A stretch of 64,000 nucleotides of DNA. Source: Eledone cirrhosa. Lineage: Eukaryota. The stretch is from positions 50,468,001 through 50,532,000 of the forward strand of contig OZ024745.1 in the NCBI GenBank assembly GCA_964016885.1, read 5' to 3'. A model generated the notes under the pieces. That model saw only the letters and a program-made list of their open reading frames with translations. It had not been told where the DNA came from and ran no database searches. Position numbers and translations under genes: made by a program. Below, one piece after another: positions 25,112-39,600 of this stretch (its first letter is position 1; each line of letters begins with the position of its first letter).

Positions 25112-28100
25112 ACACACACACAGCGTCATAATGTCGTAACGCAGACAGCCAGACATACAGACAAATATTATAAGGGCGCAACATTATATCTATGTATCTA
25201 TCTAAAAAGAAAGACTAAGAAAGAGAGAGAGATCGCTTTTTCGCCTAATATGGTCCTTAGGGCATGGAAAATTTGAAATTTCTTTTGATCAAAACACTCA
25301 CATGACCATAAGTATTACATGTGTAAAGTTTGAAAACAATCGGTTGGGTGGTTCTCGAGTTTTAGTGAGTTGACAGACAGACAGACATTCTCTGTTTTAG
25401 ATATTTAGATAATTTATATAATATATACTATGTATAAATAAATATTATATATTTTTTATTTTACTATATTTATATATAATATGTATCATTTGATATTTAA
25501 CATACTATTATATCGTCTCTAGTACCCTCTTAGGCCCCAGCAACCCCCTGGGCCTTCTCAACGCCTCACGGGAGCGATAGAGCCCACTTTCAGAACCTCT
25601 GATGTAAATAGAAGCATTTCCTTTACTCATAATAAATGTGTTAGTGGGTACATCATCATCATTTAATGTCTCTTCTCTCTACTAGAAAGGGTTAGACAAT
25701 GTTTTTATTTAACTAAAAACCTTCTGTCATAATTTTATGTAAGAACATTTGTTAAATTATGTTCCAAACATAAACTTAATAATGGGAAAGTTAATATTAC
25801 TAAATGCCACTATCATCATCATCGTTTAACGTCCATCTTCCACGCTTGCATGGGTTTGGACGGGAATTTTCCCTCTTGAGGCAAGATTGGTTGTCTTGCT
25901 CATATAGGACTGTCTGGCGGGTTTTCTACGGCTGGATGCCCTTCCTAACACCAACCACGTTTACAGTGTGGACTGGGAGGTTTTTACCATGTTACCTACA
26001 CGGCCACATTACAGCGTGGACTGTGTGTTTTTGTTTTTTTTTCGTGACACCTACACGACCTCATTTATTTTGGACTGGATGTTGTTGATTATTTTAAAAA
26101 ATTATTTGAAACACATGGACAGTCTTTCATTAAAAATATGGTAAAGAAAGGATTAAAATGTTTATAATTGACCAAAAATCTTCCATCATAACTATATGTA
26201 AAAAAATTTGTTATGTTCTGAACACTAACTTAATACTGAATAAGTTAGTTATATAAGTAAATCCTGCAAAATTATATAAAAACCAGAGACAGTGTCTTTC
26301 ATTAGTAATTTGGTAAGGAAAGGATTAAATAAGAGTATAGTAGTTTATGATGAATCAAGGAAAAAAATAGGGAAATAGGTAGAACATATTCATAATCATT
26401 ATTTAATGTCCACTTTCCACGCAAGCATAGGTTAGATGAGTTGTCCCATTTGAGACAAGTCAGGTCAAGTGACCGTGTCTTTTTATACAGAACTGTTTCT
26501 GGCTTGGTTTCTACGGCTGGCTGCCCTTCCTAACACCAACCACATTTATAGTGTGGGCAGGGTGCCTTTTTTCATACCTACATGACCACTTTACAGAGTG
26601 GGATGTTAAGATGTGAGAGGTGTATGGAAGGGAGGGGGGGGGGGGGGGCTAAAGTAGTACATACTAGGTGTATGTGGCTGATCTGTATTACTGTGTAACG
26701 CCAAGATCTCAATCCTGCATCATCGCCTTTTAGAGGTGCAATCGTGCAAAGTCAGCTTTTATTATATCGTATTGTATTACAATATAAGTCTCACACCTTA
26801 ATATACATATCTACCTGAGTAATTCAATTGTAAGAATGTTTTATTGTGTAAAAGGTGTGCTGGCAATTATAATGACGTAAATAGTCCAACCCATATCAGC
26901 AGACATAAAATGATGTGCTTATTCTAAACTGGCAGAACACTTTTCATTTTTTCCTTCTTTTACTGGTTTCAGTAATTGGGTTGTGGCCATGTTGGGGCAC
27001 CACCTTCAAAGGTTTTAGCTGATTATAAACAACCTCAGTACATATTTCTTTTAAATTTTGGTATTTATTCTATCGATCTCTTTTTGTTGGACCACAGACA
27101 CACAGACAAACAAATATTATCATTTTTACATCAGTTTTTCCATGCTTGCCTGCGTTGGACATGTCCTTCTCAGCCACAGCATCTCTCCACTCATCGTGTT
27201 TCTTCATCATCTCCTCTGTGAGACTCAGTGATTCAAGGTCAACTCTCACCACCTCTGCCTAGGTCTTTCTTGGTCTACCTCTTCTGTGGTTTCCTTCCAC
27301 TGGAATTTCCTGGCACTTCTTCACCCAACCATCATCATCGTTGTACATCAAATGTTCGTACCAACTTAGTCTTCTCTCTTGCACACCAACCCAGTTTCTC
27401 CCTCAGCTCGTTCAAGCTCTACTTTTCTCTCACATTTACATTGCACAACCAACAAAGCATGGCCACTTCATTTCTCTCCAGGCTATGTATGTCTTCATCA
27501 AACACTGTGCATGTTTCCATACCATGCAGCATCACACTTTGCACACAGGTGTCACACAGTTGTCTGTTTGTATGTTGAGAGAAACGTTTTGTTGTCAACA
27601 GTGGGAGTAGTTCTTTAAACTTCTTCCATCCTGTTCTTATTCTAGCTATTATACTCCCACACCCTCCTCCACTGCTAATTAAGTCACCTTGATAGCAGAA
27701 GCCATCAACCACTTCTATGAACCCTTCCAGCATCATTTCTAACACATTTTTCCCAACAACATCATTCAATTCAATTCAATTCAATATATTTGGCAGAAAA
27801 TAAAACATAGATGCTTCAGATGCCATGTAAGGAGGGGAGAGGGGCAAAATTTACAGTCAGAAACACAGTGGTCCAACACCGGTCCAATTTTGCCTTGAAT
27901 TGTTGCGTGGTTGACGTGTTGACTACTTCTTCTGGAAGCCGATTCCAGGGTCCAGAGATGCAGATTGAGAAAGCAGCTTTCCGTCTATTTAGGCGAAAGC
28001 GGCGGTGAAACGGCTTTTTGTCATGTCCACGTAGACCCCTTTCAAGTGCCAGAGTGAATAGGAGATCTTGGGGGAGATCGTAATGGCCATTGAAGAGATT

Positions 28101-31100
28101 GTAAGCCAAAATGAGATCGCCTCGTAGCCGTCGACGCTCCAAGGAGAAGAGGTTCAGCCGGCTTTCGTAGGGCAGTTCATGAAGACCCTGTACCATTCGA
28201 GTCGCTAGTCGTTGAACTCTCTCCAAGTGATGGATATCCCGGATGAGATATGGGTTTGATACCTGGATGCCAAATTCTAGGTGCAGTCTCACGAGGGCGA
28301 CATAGAGAGGCCTGAAAATTTCTGGAGTGAGTTTGGCAAAGGAGCGTCGAATAAGAAAAAGAGAGCTCTTTGCCTTGTTTGCGGCTTGAATGCAATGTTT
28401 TGATGGTTTGAAGGACGAGTCGACCAGCAGACCAAGATCTGTAGTATCTTCAACCTCCTTCAAAGGAGCAGTGCCACTGCTGAAGGTAAGAGCTGAGTTA
28501 TAAGGTGTACCCACTGCCATATGGCAACACTTATCGACATTGAGGTATAAATCCCAGTCAATGGACCAACTCCAGGCGCGCTGGAGGCTGGACTTGAGAT
28601 TGTCGATCTCGCTCCTATGGGCTACCATTTTCACATCATCTGCAAATAGAAGCACGTTTCCACCAATCACGTCCGGCATGTCCATGTATAGAAAGAAGGG
28701 AATTGGGCCCAACACAGAGCCCTGGGAAACGCCACTGCTTACACCCACCCCCGATGACAGACTGCTATTGATCCGAACTCTGCAAGTACGACCCTCAAGA
28801 AATGATCCAATCCACTTTATAATTGAGTCATGGAGACCGTAGTTTCTGAGCTTATACAGGAGCAGGCGGTGGTTGACAGTCAAAGGCTTTTGCGAAGTCG
28901 AGAAAGATAATATCGGCCGCATCTCCATCGTCCATTATCCTCGTCACCCATTCATCACGAGTAGGTTTGTGAGACAGGAACGTTTCGGGATGAAACCGTG
29001 TTGAGATGGAGAAATTGCAGTGAAAGACACAAGATGAGCCATAACTGCCCGCTTGATTAGAGATTCCAAGGCCTTACGGACAATTGAGGTGAGGCTCACG
29101 GGTCTGTAGTTCCCCGGGTCCTCTTTGTCACCTTTTTTAAAGATAGTGCAAATTGTAGCTACTTTCCTGTCGGCAGGAACAACTCCGGTAGCCAATGATA
29201 GGTTGAATGGTGTGGCTAGAAGTTTAGCAAGGTTGGGTGCAACTGCACCCAAAATTGCTGGATGTAGACCGTCTGGACCATGCCTCTTATTCAACATCTA
29301 AGGACAAAAGCAACTTTTCCACCTCGTCAGGTCTGGCGGTGGTTGGCTGCATTGGTGGGGCGATCATGTTTAGATTTGGAGGTTCTCTGCCATCGTCCTC
29401 TTTGAAGATATTTGCGAAAACATTGGCAAAAAGAGAAGCTTGTTGGTCAGCGTGTTCAATAACTGCACTTTCGGGGTTTCGGAGAGTGACAATTTGGTTA
29501 TTCAGTTTTTGATTTCTCTGCACGTGAGCGTAAAAGCACTTTGGATTACGACCGGCATCATTTGCAAGTTCCCTTTCAAAATTTTGCCTTCCAATTCTGG
29601 AAATATGCTCGACATGATTTCGCTGCTTTCTGTAGACTTCAAATGCCGCCGCAGACATGGTCTCTTGATAGTGCCCCCAAGCAGCGTCTCTTAACTTCCG
29701 TTCGCGGATAATTGTCTTTGTTATCCAGGGTTTGTGTTTCTTACGTTTTGGCGTTCTCAGCGGCACTGCCATTTCTCTTAGCCCAAGTAGAATTTTCTTT
29801 ATTTCCCGCCACAAAGTTTCAACAGACTGATTTTCAGTTAGGCTGCGCCAATTTATCTTGTCGGAGGCCATTTTGATAAGATCATGATTCATAGCAGCAA
29901 ATATTCTTCTCGGCTGATTCGAAATGGGAGGCGGTGCAAGCAAAGTATGCATGCTAAAGCTCAGTACTGCATGATCGTTTTTCCCAAGTGGAGACAGAAC
30001 TTGCTGAGATGATACGGATCTAGGATAACAGGAGAAGATAAGGTCTAGTAACGACGGTCGTTGACCACTTCGAGCCCTTGTTGGTTTTGTAACATGCTGG
30101 CAGATGAAACATTCTTCCGTCGTATCGAGCAATAGTTGGTCGAAGTTATTGTTGGATATGCACACATTTGAGTTCCAGTCTATAGTCGGGGCATTAAAAT
30201 CCCCGAGTATAAGACAGTCATTTTGACATCTTGAGACAGCTTTCATTGCATTAATGAGACTCTGATCTTCATCTGTTGTAGAACCAGGACTGTGATAGAT
30301 GGAAAGAATGGAAATAATTTATCCACCCACATTGAGACTGCAAAGAACAGCATCAAAGTTCTCCAAAAGTACGGTGTTCAGTGGTAGAGGCTGACGGGAT
30401 AGTTTGAGTGATGATCTTACATAAACGATAACTCCCCCACCTTTTCTTTGAGATCTATCACATCGGAATGTAGTAAAGTCAGGAATGTGAATCTCTGCAT
30501 CTTTGACTTCTGAATTTAACCAGGTTTCAGTTATGACTATGAGGTCTGCCTTCTCGTCTGCAATAACGGAATGGAGATCATCAAGTTTGGACAGAAGAGA
30601 GCAAGCGTTGGTTAAAATAACTTTGAATGAGTGATCAAGGGACGGCGATTTGGGTTTTAATCGCTTTTTGGGGATCTTCAGGAGGAAGTTGGAGGGCTTC
30701 TTGCACACCTTCTCATCTGAGATGGCTGTTTGTTCTGCCAGGGAAGTTTGGAGTCTTTGGATATCGTTATTGGGGCCGCCCAAAGGTAAGAGTGTACTAT
30801 CTTTCCGCTTCTTATCCGCAGACCAGTCTCTCCAGCAGCTATGCCTGACCTGAGTTCTGTCTTCAAAGTTCTCCAGCGGATTCTTTCTTTTAAGGAGAAC
30901 TCCTTCCGAAAATCCAATTTACTACCCCGGTAACACTTTCTGGCTTTGGCAAGGAAGTCCTCTGCTTGCTGAGAATTTGACTTTGATGGGTCAGGGTTTT
31001 GAGTTGGGATATCATTCTTCAGATTTTTGGCCAATTCTCATGGCTCAGACTTACGTCTTGTCATCTGAATCACCAATAGTGACTTTGATAATGTTTGAGA

Positions 31101-33120
31101 TAAACTCAAAGTCTTGGTGGTAGCTCTCCTTTTCAGTGTTTGCACAGCTTTCGTAAACTCCGTAGACATAAACAGATTTGTTACACTGTTGTTCTTCAGC
31201 ACTGGCAGCTGTCTTGGGGGTACCACATTTACCTGTAAAATAATGGCGACCGTTTACTGAGTTGACCCGATCCGCTTCATCTTCAAGCGGACTTGTATTT
31301 GCCGTAACAAAATTATCTGCTGAGCTGAGAGGGAGACAAGGTTTGTTCTGATCATCAACCATGTCGGAATGGTGGTGTCGTCTTTTGGATGACCGCCAAA
31401 CTTCGGCAGAGGGATTTACAGTGTCTTCATCAGAGATTAAAGCTGCATCATTCATCGTGGTAGATGCACCTGCGGGAATTTGATGAGTAGACAAGACCAA
31501 TGTGTTTTGCTTGGTGTTGTCTTGTGCAGCATCTGCCATCTTCTTGCTTTGCTTCTTTTGGCGCTTCGGTTTTGCTTTGATCGTCTTCATCTGGGAAGAT
31601 GCAGATTTAGACGGTTTGGAAGTCGCATCATTAGGAGGTTGAAGTGATAATATCGTTTCTTCCATTATCAACATCTTTGACATGAGGGCATCAAGTTGAG
31701 TTTGCAAGTTAACGTTTTTCAGTTCGATTTGGGTAAGGTTCAGTTTCAACAACTCGCAATTACAATTACAGGTCGGTGGCATAACATTGCGATAAGTTTG
31801 GACAGCCGAGCGAGCTCTTGTAGTTGCAGGCATTATTGTGCTTAGAAATGTACACACGTTGACGGTTGGAGTTGAAGAAAAAAGAGAATATAATCCACAA
31901 ATGCGTAGAACAATCCCAAAACAGAGGGAAAAACAGCAGCAATAAACCTCTTTGGATGAGTAGTTGAATCAGCTTGAACCGTTAAGCACCAAAATTGGTG
32001 TGCAGTTTATCCATCTGCTTCACATATAATTAATGTGTTGTGTTGTTAAAAGTTGTTTCCATATAATCCACAAAAGTCAAGTGATGTGCATCATGATTTA
32101 TACTAACACACTAGCTTGCAATGCAGAACATTTCACGTCTTTAGTCCTCACATCTCAAGACATTAGCAAACGTTCTTTTTTTCAGCCACTCTCCAAGCAG
32201 TGTATACCTGACGTCTAGCTTCTCTCTCAGCTACCTGGTACTGGTCTCTGCTACCCCCATTTTTCCAGTCTCTTGGCTTTAATGGCTGCCTCTACTGTGT
32301 TGTTCCACCACCAGGTCACCTTCTATCTGGCTGGTGCTTACCTGGTCCTGACTTCCTTATCCACCAGTGCTTCCCACTTTATCCGTAGGTCGCTCTGGAC
32401 CAGCCAGTTTTGCAGGCGTCTTTAGCTTTAGGTAGTCTCAAGTTGCAGATAACTAGATAGTGATCAGTTGACAACTCAGCCTCTTTCTTAACACGAACAT
32501 CCAGCTCAGCTCAGAATCAAAGATATCAGAGACAATAATAAAACAAATTATTGATCTATATCCCTGATTCCCCTTATACAATGTCATCATCATCATCACC
32601 GTTTTACGTCCGTTCTTCCACGCTAGCATGGGTTAGACTATATTTATGAATGTTTCTATGCTGGAAGAAGGTGTTTATAATAGAGAGTCCATTGTTAGAA
32701 CAGAGCCCTGGTGGACACCAACTTGTATACTAAATTCCTCGCTATGGTCATTAATCCTAACTTTGCTGACTGCTCCCCTATACATGGCTTGTACAGCCTT
32801 CACAAACCACTCATCTACTCCTAGTTTTCTAAGAGCCCACCAGATTATGGCATGGGATACTCTGTCAAATGCTTTCTCCAGATCAACAAATGCCAGGTAG
32901 AGTGGCTTGCTTTTAGCTAGGTACTTTTCCTGTAACTGGAGGAGGGCCTCAGTGGTGCTTTTGCCTGGTACAAATCCAAACAGCATCTCATCTAGATTTA
33001 CCTTGTTCCTAATCAACTGACTCTTTCTGTTACTTTCATGACCTGGTCCATCAGTTTTATACCTCTATAGTTTCAATCATTTGGTATATATATATATATA
33101 TATGATGATGATGATGATGA

Positions 33121-33157
<37 letters not shown>

Positions 33158-33613
33158 CACACACACATATATATTTCCGTCGAACCCATGCTAGCGTGGA
33201 AAATGGACGTTAAATGAAGATGATGATATATACATACATATATATAAGTTATCAAATACAAATTGAAGATATTTTGATATCTCACCAGTAGCCAAAAGGG
33301 TGTGGCATCCCCCACAAGCCACTAGGGACACTTTCTCATGTTTCAGGGCTGAAAATAGATATAAATATATGAAAAATATATGCTACGTAAGAGAAAATTC
33401 AGAAGAGAGGAAAATTGTACTGGAGAAGATATGTCTTTAGTAATAAGTAGTTTAGCTGTAATGATAGCAGAAAATGATATCCTTAAAGAAGATAGAGCTG
33501 TAAGGCTGCGTGTTTATGTTTTGGTCCTGGTGGAAGGATCAGATCAGAAGACATAGTTAAACATAATAAAGATTTATTTTTGCTTGATGTGAACGCATGT
33601 ACAAAATTGGGGG

Positions 33614-33645
<32 letters not shown>

Positions 33646-36600
33646 TTTAGTACAGCATTGACGAAGCTTTAGAATGCGATCAAGCTAGCGTATATATATA
33701 TATATATACATACACACACGGAGGCACATGGCTTAGTGGTTAGAGCATTGGCCTTGCAATCGAAAGGTTGTGAGTTCAATTCTTAGACCGGGTGATGTGT
33801 TGTTTCCTTGAGCAAGACACTTTATTTCATTGCTCCAGTTTACTCAGCTGTAGAAATGAGATGATAGGGACTGGGATCCATATCATTCCACTGTAGAGTG
33901 GTCGTGGAAGTGCCACGGCAAAAAAGCACCCAGCCCACACTGTAAAGTGGACGTGTAAGCGCCACGGAAAAAAAGCACCCAGCACTCACTGTAAATGAGG
34001 TTGGTGTTAGGAAGGGCATCCAGCTGTAGAAATCAAGCCAGAATCAGTTCCCGTCCCACCCTTGCAAGCAGGGAAAAGCGGACGTAAAATGAAATGATGG
34101 TGATGATACATATATATATATACAAAATTGGAGGCTATATATATATATGACAGGCTTCTGATTATTTCAGTAAAATGAAATAAAATGTATTACCTTTAAT
34201 ACAGCTTGGTTTCTGGACATGGTGTGTGTGACCCACCCCTAACTGGCCCCAGTCATTGGCACCAAACATAAAAATTCGACCACTTTCTGAAAGTTAAGAA
34301 ATTCAAGTAATATTCTTGCATACTAAACATATAAAACATTATAATTATTATTATTATTATTAAATAAACAAAGAAACCATAAAATGTGGCTAAGAAGTTT
34401 GCTTCAGAACCACATAGTTTCAGATTCAATCCCACAATGTGTATATATATACGTGTGTGTGTGAGTATATTTATTCGAAAATAACAAGGCCAAACTGGAA
34501 ATATCCCCTTATAGTTTTAATTGCAAAAATACTATCTATACATATTTCAATGGCCTAGTTACATCATTCAATCATGACGTAAGACCTTGGTGCAGATTAC
34601 ATATATATACATACATATCCAAGTGGCTTCAACAGAGAGACCAGTTGTAAAAGTCAGGAACAAGTAAGACAATTAAGGATATGAAGACAGGAAAAGCAGC
34701 TGGACCATCAAGAATAGTTGCTGAGATGCTGAAAGCATCTCTGGGAAGTCACACCTTAACCACCCATGTTGTAAACCAAGTAATACAGAATGGTGGCATA
34801 GCAGCATCATTGTCAACTGATATAAGAGAAAAGTAACTACAGGGGCATGAAGTTGATAGACCAGGTCATGAAAGTTGCAGAAAGAGCCATCGCACCACTG
34901 ATTAAAGATCATATACCCTTAGATGAGATGCAGTTTGGATTTGTATTAGGAATGCTGAGCATTTATGGAACTAGAGACAGATTCTGTGACAGATTCATTG
35001 CTCCATAATTTGGTAGGCCCCCAGAAAACTAGGGTAAATGAGTGGCTTGTGAGAGCGGTTAAGCCATGTACAGAGGGGCAACCAGCAATGTCAAAATTAA
35101 CAATGATTATCATGGAGAATTTAGTGCAAGTGGAGGGTCTACAAGAGCTCCATTCTTAGGCCCTGCCTGTTCATTATTGTTCTGCAGGATATAACAGAAA
35201 AGTTTAAGACTGGTTGACATGGAAACTCATATATGCCAATGATCTGACCCTCATAGCTGAATCTATGACAGAATTAGAGAAGAAATTTCAGACAATGAGG
35301 TGTAGCTTGGAAACAAAAGGCCTTAAAGTCAATTAGGCAAAGACCCAAATCCTAATGAGTAGAAAGAAAAACAGGGCCCTGATCCCCTCATGCAAATAAC
35401 CCTACAGAAATTCCACCCTGTGTCCCAAATGCAAATTATGAAAACACAAGAGATGTAGCAGGAACTCAGGCAGGTTAGCAAAGAACATAGATTTGATATG
35501 CGGACATTGCACAGGGGCGGTGAGCAAAATCCCACAGGAAATAAGCTCTTTTAAATGTACAGAGGACTCCATAGAACTAGTTGATAGTTTCTGCTACCTA
35601 GGAAACCAAATCAGCAGTTGAGATGGGAGCTCAGAATGGACCCACCCCACACAGTAAAGTGGGCGTTATAGTGTCACAACAAAAAATGCCCAGTCCACAG
35701 TGTAAAGTAGTCATGTAGGAGTTACGACAAAAAGCACTCAGTCCACACTGTAAATGTGGTTGGCATTAGGAACAGCATCCAGTCATAGAAACCAAGCCAG
35801 AAACAGGTCTGTATGAACAAGACATGGTCACCTGACCTGGCTTGCCTCAAATGGGACAACCTGTCTAACCTATGCTAGCATGGAAAATAGACGTTAAAAG
35901 ATGATGCTGATGATGATGATGATAAAATAATGTCAATTCTTTCAAAATAATGAGATTTTCCTGATTAGGCTGTTAGTCTCATGATCATAAGCTGATTGGT
36001 TCAGTTTTTCAACTAGACTGTACATCAAATCCTTGAGTAAGATACTTCCTTCCATATTACTACAGCCCACCCAGTTGAAAAAGAAATAAGCATTTGCAGC
36101 AATTGGGTGTTAAAGCTGAAATGGAGTGACATTCCATCCTGTACTTAACACCAATGAAATCAGGATAAGTTCTGGCCTGATGGGCCACTGAGCTTGAGAC
36201 AGACTTTAACTTTAACATGCATACAATACATCAATTTGGTATGGGCTTGGTATGCTACATGTGTTGTGTCTTTAAGCAAAACACATCATTTCACATTGTT
36301 TTAGTCCATTCATCTGAAAAAAAACAACAACAAAAAAAAGATTACCAGCCACAGCTGGATAGTGATTCTGCAAGAGACTGGCATCTTATCCAGGGATGAA
36401 TCTCATAACTATAGCCACTTAGTGTCAATGAAATCAGGATAACCTCTGGCCTAATGAATCTCTAGGCCTGAGACAGACTTTAACTTCAAATATCAAATAT
36501 TTACCTGTAACTAAAGCCGTGTGCTGGTCCCCACAAGCCAACTGACGAATTGGATCATTGCGTAACCAAAATCTACTTGGAATATTATCAGAAAACCGAG

Positions 36601-39600
36601 ATCGGCCAAATGTGAAGACAGCACCAGTCTCTGGAATAAACCAAAATCAAAATATCAATGGATATTTCTCATATATTTCTGTTGTGAAAATTATTGACTA
36701 AAATATATTCTTTTACTTGTTTCAGTCAGTAGACAGCAGCCATGCTGGGGCTCCTCCATGATTTAGTGTATCATACCAACCCCAGTACTTGCTTTTCGAG
36801 TTTGGTATTTATTTTATCAATCTATTTTGTTTAACTGCTCAGTTATGGAACATAAACACAGACACACACATTATATATATCTATTTTTTTGTCTACCAAA
36901 TATCAGACAAGACATTGGTCAATCTGAGGCTATATTAGAAGACATTTGTCCAAGTTACCTCACAGAATGACTGAACTCAGAACCATTTGGATGCAAAGCA
37001 ACTCTTTAACTACTCAGCCATGCCTGCACCTATAGTAGATAGAACTAGTGAATTATTTGACACTAACCCTGGAGGGATCGAAAATTATTCTAGAAATAAA
37101 CTGACCAAAACAATGGACAAAATTATTTTATTACAAAAAGAATATTAGATTTAATAATTTAAAGGGTTGTTGCCGTGAAAATTATTTATTAGAAGATGCA
37201 TAGAATACAACCAGTGAATTTCTTGTTAGAAATCCTGAAGGAATTAATAAATATTCTATAAATAGACTCCTCAGCATCATCACCAAGATGGCATAGGTTG
37301 TCACAGTAAAAGGCAAGATGAATCAAATAAATACTTTGGCACAGTTTCTATGGCAGATGCCTTTCCTAACATTAACCACTTTACAGGGAGTACTGGGAGC
37401 AATTTATTGTGGCATCAGTACTACCACTTTACAAAATGTACTATTGTGGCACCAACACTACAACTTTGCAGAGGTTATTTTGTGTAATTTATTGTGGCTT
37501 CAAAACTATCACTTTAAAGAGTACTGGGTGCACTATATCATGGTACTCGCACTACCACTTTACAGAGAGGAATAGGTGAATTATATCATGGCACCAGCAT
37601 TACCAGTTTCCACCAGTTTTTAATGGATGCACAGCACTGGATACATTTTATCGTGGCTCCAGCACTACCGTTCCACAGAATACGTTGTTACGTTTTATTG
37701 TGGCACCAACACAAGAGAGGTTGTCACATAATCGGCCAAATTGAACAGCCCTCTCTACCCTATTATTTCCTAAGAAGCTACATAAATTGAACCAGTGAAT
37801 CCTTTGTTATTGACTCCAGAGATGGACGGGTCAAAACGATGGTTAACATTTTTTTTTTTTAATCTATCTCTTTTTCAATATGATATATTTTAGATTAAAA
37901 TAAAAAAGGTATACGTGTAGGAAGCTTAAATGTGTGTATTCTAAAGTGTTGGACTGAGTTGCCTCTCTTTATTCTCCGTTTGTGACGACTTTTACATAGA
38001 AAAGGGGAAAGAAAAAAGGAGTTTGCTTTACAATTATTTACGTGTAAAGAAAGTAAGAACAGGAGTCCTTTGTTATATATATAACACGTTAATGTCACGG
38101 ATAGCTGCAATAAAATACCGAAATGAGGGATATACGATGAATAAAGAATATAAGTTTACTCAATAGAAAAGTTGTTTTGTCTTTTATTTTACCGAACAAG
38201 AAACTCAATAATAAAATATGCAAGATTTGACGGTAAATTTTTACAAATAGCACCGTCTTGCGTAGGAAATGTATTTTTTGTTTTTCCCATAACTTTTCAT
38301 GCGTTTTAGAACGAATCTGAATTTCCAAACCGTCGGAAATTACACCGCTACAGCGACACATGTAGTATTCGCCTGCAAACCTGAGAACTCTCCCCGTCCT
38401 CGTTAACTAAAAAACGTATAATGTCCTATGGTTTTAGAGGTCAGATTCGTTTAAAACACATCAAAAGAACACAGGAAAAGCATAGATTTTACCTCAAATA
38501 TGAGACGGATGTAATTGTAAAAAAGAAAAGAAAAAAGATTTAACGTAGACTGAAGCAAATTCCTTTTTTTATTTTACTCATATCCAGATGCCTCGCATTG
38601 TTGAGCTAATTTATTGTCGGGCGGCAATTAACTGTAAACAAAGGATTCGGAATAAGCAAAATTCGAATAGCATTTTCTTTCATTTTTGAACACTTTCATT
38701 TTATTATTTGCGTCATATATATAAAGTGAAACATCGCAATAACATTTGATCCGTGTCATATACCCTTCCCCGGTTGACCTCCACTGCTTCTGTTTGGCTT
38801 GGGTCATGTCAGGGATGTAGCATACTCACCACGCTTGACTAATTGCGGGTTGGTGGGTGGATATTAGCATAGGTTGAACAAGCTGGTCCTCAGGGCTAAC
38901 GAAATATACAAACCTAGTATGGCACCGTTGTAGTAACTAACATTAATAATTATATAGCACCCATTTTCCACACTAGCATGGGATAGACGAGTTGTCCCGT
39001 TGTGGGACAGCCAGGTCAGAGAACCGTATTTTGCTCACAAAGATCTGGTTTGGGCTCGGTTTATACGGCTGGATGCCCTTACTAACACCAACTACATTTA
39101 CAGTGTGTACTGGGTGCTTTTTGGTGTGATACCTACATGACCACTTTACAGTGTGGACTGGGCGCCTTTTATCGTGACTCCTACACGACCACTTTACAGT
39201 GTGGGCTGGGCACTTTTTGTCATGTCACCAACTTGACCACTTTATAGTGTGGGCTTGGTGTTTTTTGTCATGACACCTACACAACCACTTTACAGTGTGG
39301 ACTGGGCGCATTATGGTGTGGATTGGGGACTTAGGTGGGAGTTGTATGGAAGGGGAGGTAGTGCATACTAGATGTATGCTTCAGCCCCTGCACATGGGAA
39401 GTCAACTCTTCTGTATTATTGCATAGCTCCAGAGATCACAGTCCTGTGTCATTGCTTTTGAGAAGTGCTATTATGCAAGGTCAGCTTTTATCACTTCATC
39501 AGGCCTGCCTGATCCATAGCTTCCATTATTCTTCATGTGCAACACATGTCCATACCAACGCAATCTCCTTTCTTGCAGACTGCATTTGATCCCTCTTATG

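Larger units (their letters stand above)
23664..25409 (-). mobile_element. Non-autonomous Helitron containing a nested SINE and an RTE fragment
   Basis: On -, starts TCTAAATATCTAAAACAGAGAATG and ends with hairpin CCCGAGCAACGCCGGG then CCATTCTGCTAG|t. Confidence 0.75.
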
